A DNA stretch of 64,000 bases from Spirochaetales bacterium (GCA_037142615.1 JBAXAI010000005.1:32001-96000); one strand, 5' to 3'; positions 19,339-28,612 are shown, numbered from the stretch's first letter. A program made the numbers and translations. Notes: generated from the letters alone by a model not told the origin.

Positions 19339-20709
19339 ATGGTAATTGTGCAGATCATTCAGCCCTCCAAAGACGGTACAATCGAAGCCGTTTCCGTGCA
19401 GTACGTCCTCGACAACCTGGACGCGCTCAAGCGCAACTCGGTTCCCGTATTCCGTGGGCTAAAAAACGCGAACGGCGACCTGAAGCCCCAGCGTGTCGAA
19501 CCAGATCTTGCGGCCAGTGTTCCCGAGGCCGAGCGCGGTCAAAAACTGTTCCTCGTCGACCGGGCCTGGAAGCGGACCCTGTTCACCTCGAGCGATACCT
19601 TCAACGCCCAACTGGCCCCCTTTGCTGGCAAGTCGCCCGAAGAAAGGGCCCGCGCGGTCTCGGCCCTCAAGCAGGTGATCGCCCAACTGAAGGCCGAGCA
19701 GGCCGACCCCGGCGAAAAGGCCCAGGCCATCATGGATTCGGTCAAGGACGTCTTTTTGCTCAACAAGGCCTCGCTGAAGCTCAAACCGGCGGAAGTGTCG
19801 GAGCACGAAAAGTCTGTCGCAAAGGACACGGAGTCGATTATCTCGTCAGCGATGGAAATGGCCGACGACCCGGCGCTGGTCGAGGGCCTGTTTGCGGGGT
19901 TTCAAAGCCTGTCGAACGGCCAGACCGTGAATCATGTGCTGCGCGTGTTTGCCACGTACTCGGGCTTTGTAAAGCACTACAACAACCAGCATCAGGCGGG
20001 GTTGGTACCCAGCTTGCGGCGGATCTTCCCGAGGACGTATCTGGACCACTACCGTGAGTTTGTCCCTGCGCTCAAGCCCGAACTGTTGCCCGCCGATAGC
20101 CTGCTCACGAGTGACAACCTCCTTCAGCTGAGCAAGTTCAAGCCGGAAGACATGAAGGAACTCGCTCTCGGTGCGTTTCTGCACGATATCGGCAAGATGG
20201 GCAATCTGGACTACTTCGAAAGCGACTCCGGCTATGATCCGGCGCAGATCCGTCAGCACGTTTTTCTCAGCGCAGGTCTCATCCTGATGAACTACGGAGC
20301 CGACCACAACCTTGCACGGCTGTTGGCCGGTGACCATCACAACGCGATGAACCACGGCGATGGGTACGGCGTCACCCGTTTGGAGCGCGAAAAGGGGCGC
20401 CGCAAGCCCGCCGCCTTGGAAAGGGCCCTTTCGAGCACCATGGAGGGGTTTGTCTCGGGTCAGGCGCTGGGCTTCCTTCCCGTCGAAATGCTGGCGGTTG
20501 CCGATGTGTACGATGCCATGATCGATACCAGCCGCACGTACAAGAAGGCTTTGAGCTCGGCTGAGGCCGTGGTCTTTTTGGAAGAAACCATGGCCGCCAA
20601 ACAGAAGCTGGATCCTGTGCTGGTCGACCTGTTCATCGACTACCTGCGCAGCAACGGCGTCGACGTGCCCGACAATCGGGGCTTTTTGTACAAACTCAGG
20701 ACGGCGTAA
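19339..20709 (+). CDS. HD-domain (HD-GYP-like) phosphohydrolase
   Basis: LHDIGK, HH...GDGYG and ADVYDAM...RTYKK motifs. Confidence 0.85.
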   Translation: MVIVQIIQPSKDGTIEAVSVQYVLDNLDALKRNSVPVFRGLKNANGDLKPQRVEPDLAASVPEAERGQKLFLVDRAWKRTLFTSSDTFNAQLAPFAGKSPEERARAVSALKQVIAQLKAEQADPGEKAQAIMDSVKDVFLLNKASLKLKPAEVSEHEKSVAKDTESIISSAMEMADDPALVEGLFAGFQSLSNGQTVNHVLRVFATYSGFVKHYNNQHQAGLVPSLRRIFPRTYLDHYREFVPALKPELLPADSLLTSDNLLQLSKFKPEDMKELALGAFLHDIGKMGNLDYFESDSGYDPAQIRQHVFLSAGLILMNYGADHNLARLLAGDHHNAMNHGDGYGVTRLEREKGRRKPAALERALSSTMEGFVSGQALGFLPVEMLAVADVYDAMIDTSRTYKKALSSAEAVVFLEETMAAKQKLDPVLVDLFIDYLRSNGVDVPDNRGFLYKLRTA

Positions 20710-21961
20710 ACACCGCTAACGGCTTCGCCTTGCCCCGCACTTCCAGCGAACCGCGAGGCTCAAAGGTCCAGCGAGGGTCTCCCAGCGCTGCCACCAACTG
20801 TTCCGAAACCAGAACTTCGTCGCCGGTCTGTTTGCACAGCGCCTCGAGACGGCTGGCCGTGTTCACGGTGTCGCCAATGACCGTATATTCCAACCGCGAA
20901 GCCGTTCCCACATTGCCTGCGATGACCGGTCCTGAATGGATGCCGATTCCTTGGCGCAACGGCGGAAAGCCTCGGCCCGAGAGGGTGTTGTTGAGCCCGC
21001 GCAAACGGGTCTGCATGGCGAGCGCGGCTTGCAACGCCCGCGAGGCGTCGTCGGGGGCTGGGTGCGGGGTGCCAAACGTGGCCATGATGCCGTCGCCGAT
21101 GAACTTGTCGAGCGTTCCGCCATGCTCGAAGATTGCGGCTACCATCTGTTCCTGGTAGAGCGACAACAGCTCGACCACCCGGGCGGGTTCCAGGCCTTCG
21201 CTCAGCGCCGTGAACCCCCGCAGATCCGAAAAAAGCACGGTGACGTTCTGCAGTTGGCCCCCGGGCCGAAGAAAGGCGGCGTCGGACCTGGCGATGTGCG
21301 AGGCGACTCCGGGCGAGAAATAGCGCCCGAGCTGGGCCGTTGAGTGTTCGGCCCGCGACGCCTCGAGAACTGTCTGCCGAAAGCGGGTGAGCAAAACCGT
21401 AAGCAGGATCCCTGAAGCAATGAACATCGTCGTGTTGATCAGCGTCAGCACCAGGCTGGCACCTGGTCCTTGGGTCGATGACAAAATGCTGTCGGTCAGC
21501 ACGAGGCGCGGGTCGGTGAAGGCGAGCGTGTAAATGACCGCGAGGCCGCCGATGGCCGCCGTGGCAAACACCGCCGGGTAAATCGGCCGCCCGGGCAGAC
21601 AGCACAACACCAAGAAAATGAAATCGAGGGGCAAGATGTTCACCTTGAGGAAGTAGGTCCGGGGAACGACATCACCGCCCACCGACTGGTACCAGATAAA
21701 CGGCAGCAGCAGGGCGATCACCACGTAGGTGCCTGTGAGCGTCCAGCCCGAAAAGTGCACCCAGCCCCCCCGGTAGTTCTGCCACAGAAAGAAGGCCATC
21801 GTGACCACGCCGAACCCGATAAACGCCAGCTCGGACAGCAATTCGAAGGTCGACTGCGCCGCCGTAAACGTCACGTAGACAAAGAAGACCATCATCCCCA
21901 GGTTGAAAATCAGCGAGAACCGGACACCCAACTGTTCGCGGCGGGCAAGGATTTCGTTCAT
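20696..21961 (-). CDS. membrane-bound class III adenylate/guanylate cyclase
   Basis: 6 TM segments; VLFSDLRGFT, DKFIGDGIMA and YTVIGDTVNTASRLE motifs. Confidence 0.92.
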   Translation of the reverse strand: MNEILARREQLGVRFSLIFNLGMMVFFVYVTFTAAQSTFELLSELAFIGFGVVTMAFFLWQNYRGGWVHFSGWTLTGTYVVIALLLPFIWYQSVGGDVVPRTYFLKVNILPLDFIFLVLCCLPGRPIYPAVFATAAIGGLAVIYTLAFTDPRLVLTDSILSSTQGPGASLVLTLINTTMFIASGILLTVLLTRFRQTVLEASRAEHSTAQLGRYFSPGVASHIARSDAAFLRPGGQLQNVTVLFSDLRGFTALSEGLEPARVVELLSLYQEQMVAAIFEHGGTLDKFIGDGIMATFGTPHPAPDDASRALQAALAMQTRLRGLNNTLSGRGFPPLRQGIGIHSGPVIAGNVGTASRLEYTVIGDTVNTASRLEALCKQTGDEVLVSEQLVAALGDPRWTFEPRGSLEVRGKAKPLAVFTPS

Positions 21962-22006
21962 GCCTCGTATTGTCGCCCATCGGGGCCTTGCGGTAAACTC
22001 CCCGCC

Positions 22007-23617
22007 GTGATCAACCTCGGCCAAGTGAAAGTAACCTACGGCAGCCGCGTGCTGTTCCGCAACGCCGACCTGCTGGTGCGCCCCGGCGACAAAATCGGGC
22101 TGGTGGGCCCCAACGGCGCCGGAAAAACCACGGTGTTCCGCCTGATTACCGGCGAGGAGCACACCGACGAAGGCAGCGTGAGCATCGACCCCGGCGTGGT
22201 GGTGGGCTACTTCAGTCAGGACGTGGGCGAAATGTCGGGCCGCACGGTGCTGGCCGAGGTGCTCGCCGGCGCGGGCAAAGTGGCGGCCATCGGCGAGCAG
22301 TTGTCCGAGCTGGAACACCGTATGGGCGACGCCAGCAACCCCTTGAGCGATAAAGAGATGGATCTGTACGGCGAGTTGCAGCACGAGTTCATGACCCGCG
22401 ACGGTTACGAGCTCGAGAACCGCGCCGAAACCATCCTCGAAGGCTTGGGCGTGGGCAAAAGCCGCTGGCAGGACCCCGTGGAGACCTTTTCCGGCGGTTG
22501 GAAAATGCGCATCGCGCTGGCCCGCATTTTGTTGCTCAACCCCGACGCCCTGCTCATCGACGAACCCACCAACCACCTCGACCTCGAGACCATCGTGTGG
22601 CTCGAAGGCTGGCTCAAGGAGTTCCCCGGCGCGCTGGTGATGACCAGCCACGACCGCGAGTTCATGACCCGCATCTGCAAACGCACCGTCGAAGTGGCCA
22701 ACCAAAGCATCACCACGTACTCGGGCGACTACGACTTTTACCTGCGCGAACGAGAGATCCGCCGCGACAACCTGATCGCCGCCAAGAGCCGCCAGGACGC
22801 CATGCTCGCCAAGGAGAACGAGTTTATCGCCCGGTTCGCCGCCCGCGCCAGCCACGCCTCCTTGGTGCAAAGCCGGGTCAAGATGATCGAAAAAATCGAA
22901 CGCATCGAAGTTCCGCGCGAAACCAAGGTGATGAAAGTCAACTTCGGCGACATCAAGCGCTCGGGCGACATCGTGGTCGACATGAAGCACCTGGCAAAAG
23001 CCTGGGAGCTCCCGGCGGGGGGCACTCACCCCGTGTTCAGCGGCCTCAACGGCACCGTGGTGCGCACCAACAAAATCGCCGTCACCGGCGTCAACGGGGC
23101 GGGCAAGTCAACCCTGCTCAAGGTGATCACCGGCCAGACCGACCCCACCAGCGGCAGCTCAGCCCTCGGCGCCAGCGTGCAGATGGGCTACTTCAGCCAG
23201 TACTCCGGCGACCTGCTGCACAACGACTGGACCATTTTGGAAGAATTGCAGGACCGCTTGCCCCGCGAATCGGTAGGAAGCCTGAAGAACCTCATCGGTG
23301 CCTTCCAATTCAGTGGAGACGATGCCGACAAGCGCATCAGCGTGCTCTCCGGCGGCGAAAAGAGCCGCGTGATGCTCGCCTGCCTGCTGGCCAGCCCCGT
23401 CAACTTCCTGGTGCTCGACGAACCCACCAACCACCTCGACATCGCCAGCCGCGAGGTGCTTCTCGAGGCCCTGCAAGACTTTGAAGGCACCGTAATGATC
23501 GTCAGCCACGACCGGTACTTCCTGAAGCACCTGGCCAACCGCGTGTTCGAGATCGACCACGGCGCGCTGCGCGTGTACGAAGGCCGCTACGAGGAGTATC
23601 TGGAGAGCCGAGGGTAG
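22007..23617 (+). CDS. ABC-F family ATP-binding protein
   Basis: Two NBDs (GPNGAGKT, FSGGW, DEPTNHLD; GVNGAGKST, LSGGE) with no TM segments. Confidence 0.95.
   Translation: MINLGQVKVTYGSRVLFRNADLLVRPGDKIGLVGPNGAGKTTVFRLITGEEHTDEGSVSIDPGVVVGYFSQDVGEMSGRTVLAEVLAGAGKVAAIGEQLSELEHRMGDASNPLSDKEMDLYGELQHEFMTRDGYELENRAETILEGLGVGKSRWQDPVETFSGGWKMRIALARILLLNPDALLIDEPTNHLDLETIVWLEGWLKEFPGALVMTSHDREFMTRICKRTVEVANQSITTYSGDYDFYLREREIRRDNLIAAKSRQDAMLAKENEFIARFAARASHASLVQSRVKMIEKIERIEVPRETKVMKVNFGDIKRSGDIVVDMKHLAKAWELPAGGTHPVFSGLNGTVVRTNKIAVTGVNGAGKSTLLKVITGQTDPTSGSSALGASVQMGYFSQYSGDLLHNDWTILEELQDRLPRESVGSLKNLIGAFQFSGDDADKRISVLSGGEKSRVMLACLLASPVNFLVLDEPTNHLDIASREVLLEALQDFEGTVMIVSHDRYFLKHLANRVFEIDHGALRVYEGRYEEYLESRG
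23300..23614 (+). repeat. 315-bp direct repeat, copy 1 (3' end of ABC-F gene)
   Basis: Matches 24996-25310 with one mismatch seen (GAG vs GAA). Confidence 0.95.
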
Positions 23618-23618
23618 G

Positions 23619-23685
23619 AAGGGGGGCGACCCCCTTACGGTGGTACGCGGTACCACCGTATCCCCCGAGCGGGGTTCCACCCCGC
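23619..23685. repeat. cluster of three adjacent hairpins
   Basis: AAGGGGG-gcga-CCCCCTT (23619-36), TACGGTGGTAC-gcg-GTACCACCGTA (23636-60) and GCGGGGT-tcc-ACCCCGC (23669-85). Confidence 0.8.
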
Positions 23686-23732
23686 AACGCCCCGGACTTG
23701 CCGGAACCACAGATTTGAAACATGATGACAAG

Positions 23733-24029
23733 ATGGTGAATCCCAATTGGCGCAACATTCTTATCGCAAAGAAGCTGCAATGGCAGGCTGATTATGGCCT
23801 TCGCCGGATGGCGGTGTTTGGAAGTGCGGCGCGCGGCCAAACAGGACCCGAAAGTGACCTTGATGTTTTGGTTGAGTTCCAACGCCCTTTCCGGTTTGAT
23901 CTCCTGAAGTTCATCAGTCTTGAGCAGGAGTTGTCCGCTGAAATGGGTGGCCCTGTCGACCTTGTCATGCAGTCTGACCTCAAGCCCCATGTGCGCGAAA
24001 ACGCACTCAGAGACGCGCAGGAGCTTTGA
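23733..24029 (+). CDS. minimal nucleotidyltransferase (MntA-like antitoxin)
   Basis: VFGSAARGQTGPESDLDVLVEF and GPVDLV motifs. Confidence 0.88.
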   Translation: MVNPNWRNILIAKKLQWQADYGLRRMAVFGSAARGQTGPESDLDVLVEFQRPFRFDLLKFISLEQELSAEMGGPVDLVMQSDLKPHVRENALRDAQEL

Positions 24030-24078
24030 TGGATCCCCGTGCCGCCCAACCGTCGAACGACATTATTCTGTGGCTTAA

Positions 24079-24333
24079 CTACTCGATCACCCCTCGGTAC
24101 AAATCCGCCACCGGGAAGCAGAGCTCGTAATCGCCCCAGACCAAATCACCGTGCACGATGCGGTAGCTGGAAAATGCGGCTGGTTCCAACCATTTACTGA
24201 TGTCAGGATGGATCGACTTGCGAAGGAAAGGGGCAAAGTCGACCAGTCTCTGAGTGCCATCCTCAAAGCGAAGGCGAAGTTGGAGACCTTCGGCGGGTTC
24301 TGCCGCAACAACGGAAATCAGACTAGCAGTCAC
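24079..24333 (-). CDS. DUF2442-family protein (putative antitoxin)
   Basis: LRLRFEDGTQRLVDF and LVWGDYELCF motifs; GTGA overlap with the upstream gene. Confidence 0.8.
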   Translation of the reverse strand: MTASLISVVAAEPAEGLQLRLRFEDGTQRLVDFAPFLRKSIHPDISKWLEPAAFSSYRIVHGDLVWGDYELCFPVADLYRGVIE

Positions 24334-24635
24334 TTGAGCCTCCTGTTGATCGTCACCGGGCGCACCGATTTGTGGAGCACGAAGAAGTCGATCCACTTGC
24401 TGACAATGTCCTTGGCTCGGGCCCTGACAACCTCCTCAAAGTATCGCATTTCCTGAGGCTCAAGGAAAGGTCTGCCAGTCACCTCCCGAAACTCGATGCC
24501 AGAAACCACGCCGCCGACTATCGTGATTTCCGCCCGGGCCTCGCGCCCTTGAGCCTTTCCGTGAACATGAATCGGGTCGTGCTCGTTGGCGTAGAACATG
24601 ATGATTAGCCCGAAGTACTCATACAGTTTTGGCAT
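24330..24635 (-). CDS. DUF4160-family protein (putative toxin)
   Basis: MPKLYEYFGLIIMFYANEHDPIHVH; GGAGG SD. Confidence 0.82.
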   Translation of the reverse strand: MPKLYEYFGLIIMFYANEHDPIHVHGKAQGREARAEITIVGGVVSGIEFREVTGRPFLEPQEMRYFEEVVRARAKDIVSKWIDFFVLHKSVRPVTINRRLK

Positions 24636-24684
24636 ACCGTCCTCCGCAAGGAGAAACGGGGTGATCAACCTTCCTGCTTCAACG

Positions 24685-24998
24685 TCAGCCCAGTTTCTTC
24701 AACTTTTCCACCACAGCCATGGTCACCACGCTCACACGCGTCACTTTGCCCAGTCATGCGACAACTTCGTCGAGGTGGTCGACGGCGCTGCGGTGGCCGA
24801 GTTTGTACGTCCACGCTTCGGGTGGGAAGCCGGTGACGACCAGTTTGCTGGTGGGGGTTTCAAACTCCACCCGACCGGCGGCTTGGTCCACCCGCTGCAC
24901 GGTCTTGGCCTTGCTGACGTTGGGAATCAGCTCGTCGCTGGCAGGGTTGGGCGGTCTCGAAGCCGATGTGCGCGTCCATGAGCGTTTCTCCTGCCGCC
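24685..24998 (-). pseudogene. remnant of a type ISP restriction-modification enzyme C-terminus
   Basis: Manual translation: AGETLMDAHIGFETAQP /frameshift/ ...GFPPEAWTYKLGHRSAVD..EVVA*LGKVTRVSVVTMAVVEKL*. This resembles the LlaBIII-type C-terminal region. Confidence 0.7.
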
Positions 24999-25310
24999 TT
25001 CCAATTCAGTGGAGACGATGCCGACAAGCGCATCAGCGTGCTCTCCGGCGGCGAAAAGAGCCGCGTGATGCTCGCCTGCCTGCTGGCCAGCCCCGTCAAC
25101 TTCCTGGTGCTCGACGAACCCACCAACCACCTCGACATCGCCAGCCGCGAGGTGCTTCTCGAGGCCCTGCAAGACTTTGAAGGCACCGTAATGATCGTCA
25201 GCCACGACCGGTACTTCCTGAAGCACCTGGCCAACCGCGTGTTCGAGATCGACCACGGCGCGCTGCGCGTGTACGAAGGCCGCTACGAGGAATATCTGGA
25301 GAGCCGAGGG
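24996..25310 (+). repeat. 315-bp direct repeat, copy 2 (headless ABC-F 3' fragment)
   Basis: Near-identical to 23300-23614; continues in frame to a TGA ending at 25322. Confidence 0.95.
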
Positions 25311-25371
25311 AGCGGAGATTGAGTTGACAACAGCGTTCCTGGAACTCAAAGTTGAACCTGAAGGAGGTTCC

Positions 25372-26127
25372 ATGAGACGTATCCTTTTGGTTCTCCTGGG
25401 GCTGATTGTCACCGGTAGCGTCTTCGGGCAGACCAAGGTCACGGTTTATGCCGATGACGGCTATTTCCCCTATTCCTACATGGAAGGGACTTCGGCGAGG
25501 GGGGCCTACATCGACATTGTCTTGGCGGCAGCGGCCCAACTCAAAGGCTACACGGTCGAGATCGTACCGCTCCCCTGGAAACGGTGTCTGAACCTGATGG
25601 AGCGGGGCGAAGCCTTTGCCATTTTGCCCCCCTACAAGCGTCCTGGACTGAGGCCGTGGATGGACTACCAGCTCAAGCTGTACGACGAGAAGATCGTGCT
25701 GTTCCTAAACGCCCAGGGGCCTAAAATGACACGGTGGCCCCAAGATTTTGTGGGCAAGACGGTGGGGGAAGCCGCTGGGTGGGCCAATCTTGACGCCTTT
25801 AGGGGCCAAGTCAAAATCGAGTTCGCCCAGTCCAACAAGATTGGCCTCTTGAAACTGGAGGCAAAGCGCAACGATGCCTATTTGATGGACGAAACGGTGG
25901 GCCTGTTGGCGATCAAGGAACTCAGGGCCGCGGGAGCCATCAACGCCAAAACCTCGTTCGTGATCGGCCCAACAGTCAGCACCGAAGAGGCCTTCCTTTC
26001 CCTGACCAACGTGGCCACTGCCAAGTTCCCCTTCAAAAACGACTTCGCCAAGCAGATGCAGGGCATTCTGGGCAGAATGACCGCTTCCGGAGAGATCAAG
26101 AAGATCGTTGCCAACTACACCAACTGA
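25372..26127 (+). CDS. periplasmic substrate-binding protein (family 3, amino-acid type)
   Basis: Signal peptide; YFPYSY and LPWKRCL motifs; AGGAGG SD. Confidence 0.85.
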   Translation: MRRILLVLLGLIVTGSVFGQTKVTVYADDGYFPYSYMEGTSARGAYIDIVLAAAAQLKGYTVEIVPLPWKRCLNLMERGEAFAILPPYKRPGLRPWMDYQLKLYDEKIVLFLNAQGPKMTRWPQDFVGKTVGEAAGWANLDAFRGQVKIEFAQSNKIGLLKLEAKRNDAYLMDETVGLLAIKELRAAGAINAKTSFVIGPTVSTEEAFLSLTNVATAKFPFKNDFAKQMQGILGRMTASGEIKKIVANYTN

Positions 26128-26162
26128 GCGAACTTCGAAGGGGGCAGCCCCGTGGCTCAGCC

Positions 26163-26197
26163 TTGACACCATGATGCGATGATGTCATGATGTTCCT
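26163..26197 (+). promoter_or_regulatory. vapBC promoter with three ATGATG repeats
   Basis: TTGACA(26163)-N17-CATGAT(26186); ATGATG at 26171, 26179 and 26187 (8-bp period). Confidence 0.75.
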
Positions 26198-26419
26198 ATG
26201 CGAACCACCCTCAGTATCGACGATGATATTTTTGCCGCCGCCAAAAGCATGGCTTTGCTCAAAAACATCGCCCTCGGTACCGCTCTGAGCGAGCTGGCCC
26301 GTGCGGGCCTGAATCAACGGACCTCGTACCCCGAAGGCGACCTGCCGACGTTCTCGGTCTCGGAAAAGGCCCCGGTCTTTGGCCTTCGCGAGGTGCAGGC
26401 CGCCGAGGACGACCTTTGA
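26198..26419 (+). CDS. VapB-type RHH antitoxin
   Basis: MRTTLSIDDDI...LGTALSELARAGL. Confidence 0.85.
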   Translation: MRTTLSIDDDIFAAAKSMALLKNIALGTALSELARAGLNQRTSYPEGDLPTFSVSEKAPVFGLREVQAAEDDL

Positions 26420-26850
26420 CGGTGCCGACAGCTTACTTGTTGGACGTGAACTTTCTGGTGGCCTTGGCGTGGCCCAACCACACCAGCCACGCTGCGGCCC
26501 GGGCCTGGTTTCATGAGCATCGGGCCCAGCCCTTTGCCACCTGCCCGATCACAGAATCAGGCTTTGTCCGCCTTTCCATGAACCCTTTGGTGGTTGGTCA
26601 GCAGGTGTCGCTTTCGGCAGCGCTGGAGCTACTGGGTCAGTATCAGGCGAAGTTCTCCTTTCGTTTCTTGGCCGACGACTTGCCCCTGTCCGCGCTGGCC
26701 GCTTACCGGAACATTTCGGGCCACCGCCAGGTGAACGATGCGTACCTGCTCGCCTTGGCCGCCTCGAAGTCCGGAGCGCTCGTTACCTTCGACGGGGGCA
26801 TCGCCGAACGTGGCCCAAGCGAGTATCGAGACTGCCTCGTCGTGGTGTGA
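26416..26850 (+). CDS. VapC-family PIN ribonuclease toxin
   Basis: LLDVNFLVAL, TCPITESGFVR, QVNDAYLLALA and LVTFD motifs. Confidence 0.9.
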   Translation: MTVPTAYLLDVNFLVALAWPNHTSHAAARAWFHEHRAQPFATCPITESGFVRLSMNPLVVGQQVSLSAALELLGQYQAKFSFRFLADDLPLSALAAYRNISGHRQVNDAYLLALAASKSGALVTFDGGIAERGPSEYRDCLVVV

Positions 26851-26936
26851 TCAGTTTCCCGCAAGTCTGTTGCGGATAACTGCCATTTTTCCGCAGCAGA
26901 CTTGCGGAAATCCGGATTTGATGCGAAACTTGGACG

Positions 26937-28115
26937 ATGACTCTTTCACGCCGCCTTGACCTTCGCTCTGCGGTCGCCCAGCGGAGCATCCTGTTACTCG
27001 GACCCCGTCAAACCGGCAAATCGACTTTGCTCCGCGAAACCTTTCCCCACGCACCGAGTTTCAATCTGCTGCACACCGACGTGTTTTTCCGCTTTCAGTC
27101 CGACCCTTCCCGTCTGCGGCAGGAAATCCGTCAGCTCCCCGCCTCCGACGAACCCATCATCATCGACGAAGTGCAAAAGCTTCCCATTCTTCTGGACGAA
27201 GTGCAGGCGATGATCGATACCGGCCCCCGGCGGTTCATTCTGACGGGATCGTCGGCGCGCAAACTGAAGGCCGGTGGAGCCAACCTGCTGGGCGGGCGGG
27301 CGCGCTTGCGGAATCTGTTCCCGTTTGTGTCGAGCGAGGTAGCCAATCTTACCAACTCTCCCGCGAGCTTTGACCTCGAAAAAGCCCTTGCTTACGGAAT
27401 GTTGCCGCCCGTGTGGTTGTCTGATGCGCCGCAGGAAGATTTGGAAGCCTACTGTGGCACCTACCTCAAAGAGGAGATCCAAGCCGAAGCCTTGGTGCGT
27501 CGGCTCGACGGATTCTCGCGGTTCTTGAAAGTGGCGAGCCTCAGCAACGCGCTCGAGCTGAACTTCGAGTCGCTGGCCCGCGATTGCGGGGTGCCCGCGC
27601 GCACCGTGCGCGAATACGCGTCCATCCTGACCGACACGCTGGTGGCCACTTTACTCGAACCGTGGCGCCAAGGCACCAAGCGAAAACCGGTCTCGAGCGC
27701 CAAGCTGTACTTTTTTGACGTGGGAGTGGCCCGGGTGTTGGCGCAACGCAAGCCCGCGCAGGCCGAGTCGCGCGAGTGGGGCCTGGCGCTGGAGCAACTG
27801 ATTTTTCAGGAGTTGCGCGCGTGGGTGGCGTACGACGGGCAAAACCGACCCCTGACGTATTGGCGCACCACCGATGGCCGCGAAGTGGACTTTGTGGTGG
27901 GCGACGAGTTGGCCGTCGAAGTCAAAGCAACGCGAAAAGTAACCGAACCCGACCTCAAAGGCCTGCGCGAGATCGCCCACGAGGGACCGTGGAAGGCGCG
28001 CGTCGTAGTGTGCCAGGAACCGGTTGCCCGCCAAACCGACGACGGCATCGTGGTGCTGCCTGTGCACGACTTTCTGGCTCGGTTGTGGGCCGGGGCTTGG
28101 CTCTCGTCCTCATAA
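26937..28115 (+). CDS. AAA_14 / DUF4143 ATP-binding protein
   Basis: GPRQTGKST, IDEVQK, LTGSS, KLYFFDVG and EVDF...VEVK motifs. Confidence 0.9.
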   Translation: MTLSRRLDLRSAVAQRSILLLGPRQTGKSTLLRETFPHAPSFNLLHTDVFFRFQSDPSRLRQEIRQLPASDEPIIIDEVQKLPILLDEVQAMIDTGPRRFILTGSSARKLKAGGANLLGGRARLRNLFPFVSSEVANLTNSPASFDLEKALAYGMLPPVWLSDAPQEDLEAYCGTYLKEEIQAEALVRRLDGFSRFLKVASLSNALELNFESLARDCGVPARTVREYASILTDTLVATLLEPWRQGTKRKPVSSAKLYFFDVGVARVLAQRKPAQAESREWGLALEQLIFQELRAWVAYDGQNRPLTYWRTTDGREVDFVVGDELAVEVKATRKVTEPDLKGLREIAHEGPWKARVVVCQEPVARQTDDGIVVLPVHDFLARLWAGAWLSSS

Positions 28116-28132
28116 AGTTATAGATTGTAACT
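28116..28132 (+). promoter_or_regulatory. candidate MarR operator
   Basis: AGTTA-tagattg-TAACT palindrome immediately before the marR-family ATG. Confidence 0.5.
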
Positions 28133-28135
28133 GTT

Positions 28136-28612
28136 ATGAGTGGTAATCAAACACAGCCCTCCCTTGAGTCCGTCCTCGACGAAATCTTTGTGGTCATTCC
28201 GCAGTTTTCGCGTCACCTGCGCACCATGGGTGGGCATTTGCTCGAGGGCTGTTCGCTGACCAAGGCGCATATGTCGGTACTCTCTGGACTGCACTTTGCC
28301 GGGCCCCAGACTATGACCGAGCTCTCCAAGCTGCAGGCCATCGCCAAACCCAACCTCACCGTCCTGGTCGACAAGCTGGAATCGCTGGGGTTGGTGAATC
28401 GCCAAAACGACCCTGCCGACAGGCGGGTGGTCCGACTGCAGCTCACGACCAAGGGAGAGGCTCAACTCGAAGAGTACCGAGGGGCCGTGCGCCAAGTGGC
28501 CCGCCGGGGCCTTCAAGCGTATTCCGCCCAGGAGATCGTTGATCTCCATACTGCTCTCGCCTCCTTGAGACTTCTCATGGAGCGACACGTCTTCAAGGAA
28601 GAAAATCCATGA
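28136..28612 (+). CDS. MarR-family regulator
   Basis: LVDKLESLGLVNR...DRRVVRLQLTTKG. Confidence 0.92.
   Translation: MSGNQTQPSLESVLDEIFVVIPQFSRHLRTMGGHLLEGCSLTKAHMSVLSGLHFAGPQTMTELSKLQAIAKPNLTVLVDKLESLGLVNRQNDPADRRVVRLQLTTKGEAQLEEYRGAVRQVARRGLQAYSAQEIVDLHTALASLRLLMERHVFKEENP

Noticed and set aside
20696-23029. 777-aa cyclase ORF, and other long N-terminal extensions in the ORF track (37515, 41133, 54959, 52671)
   Set aside because: The extensions overlap neighbouring real genes. Starts were trimmed using SD or -10 signals and domain boundaries.
24966-25322. 118-aa ABC-F-like ORF as an independent gene
   Set aside because: It is the duplicated 3' fragment. It lacks Walker A and its start lies in type ISP antisense sequence.
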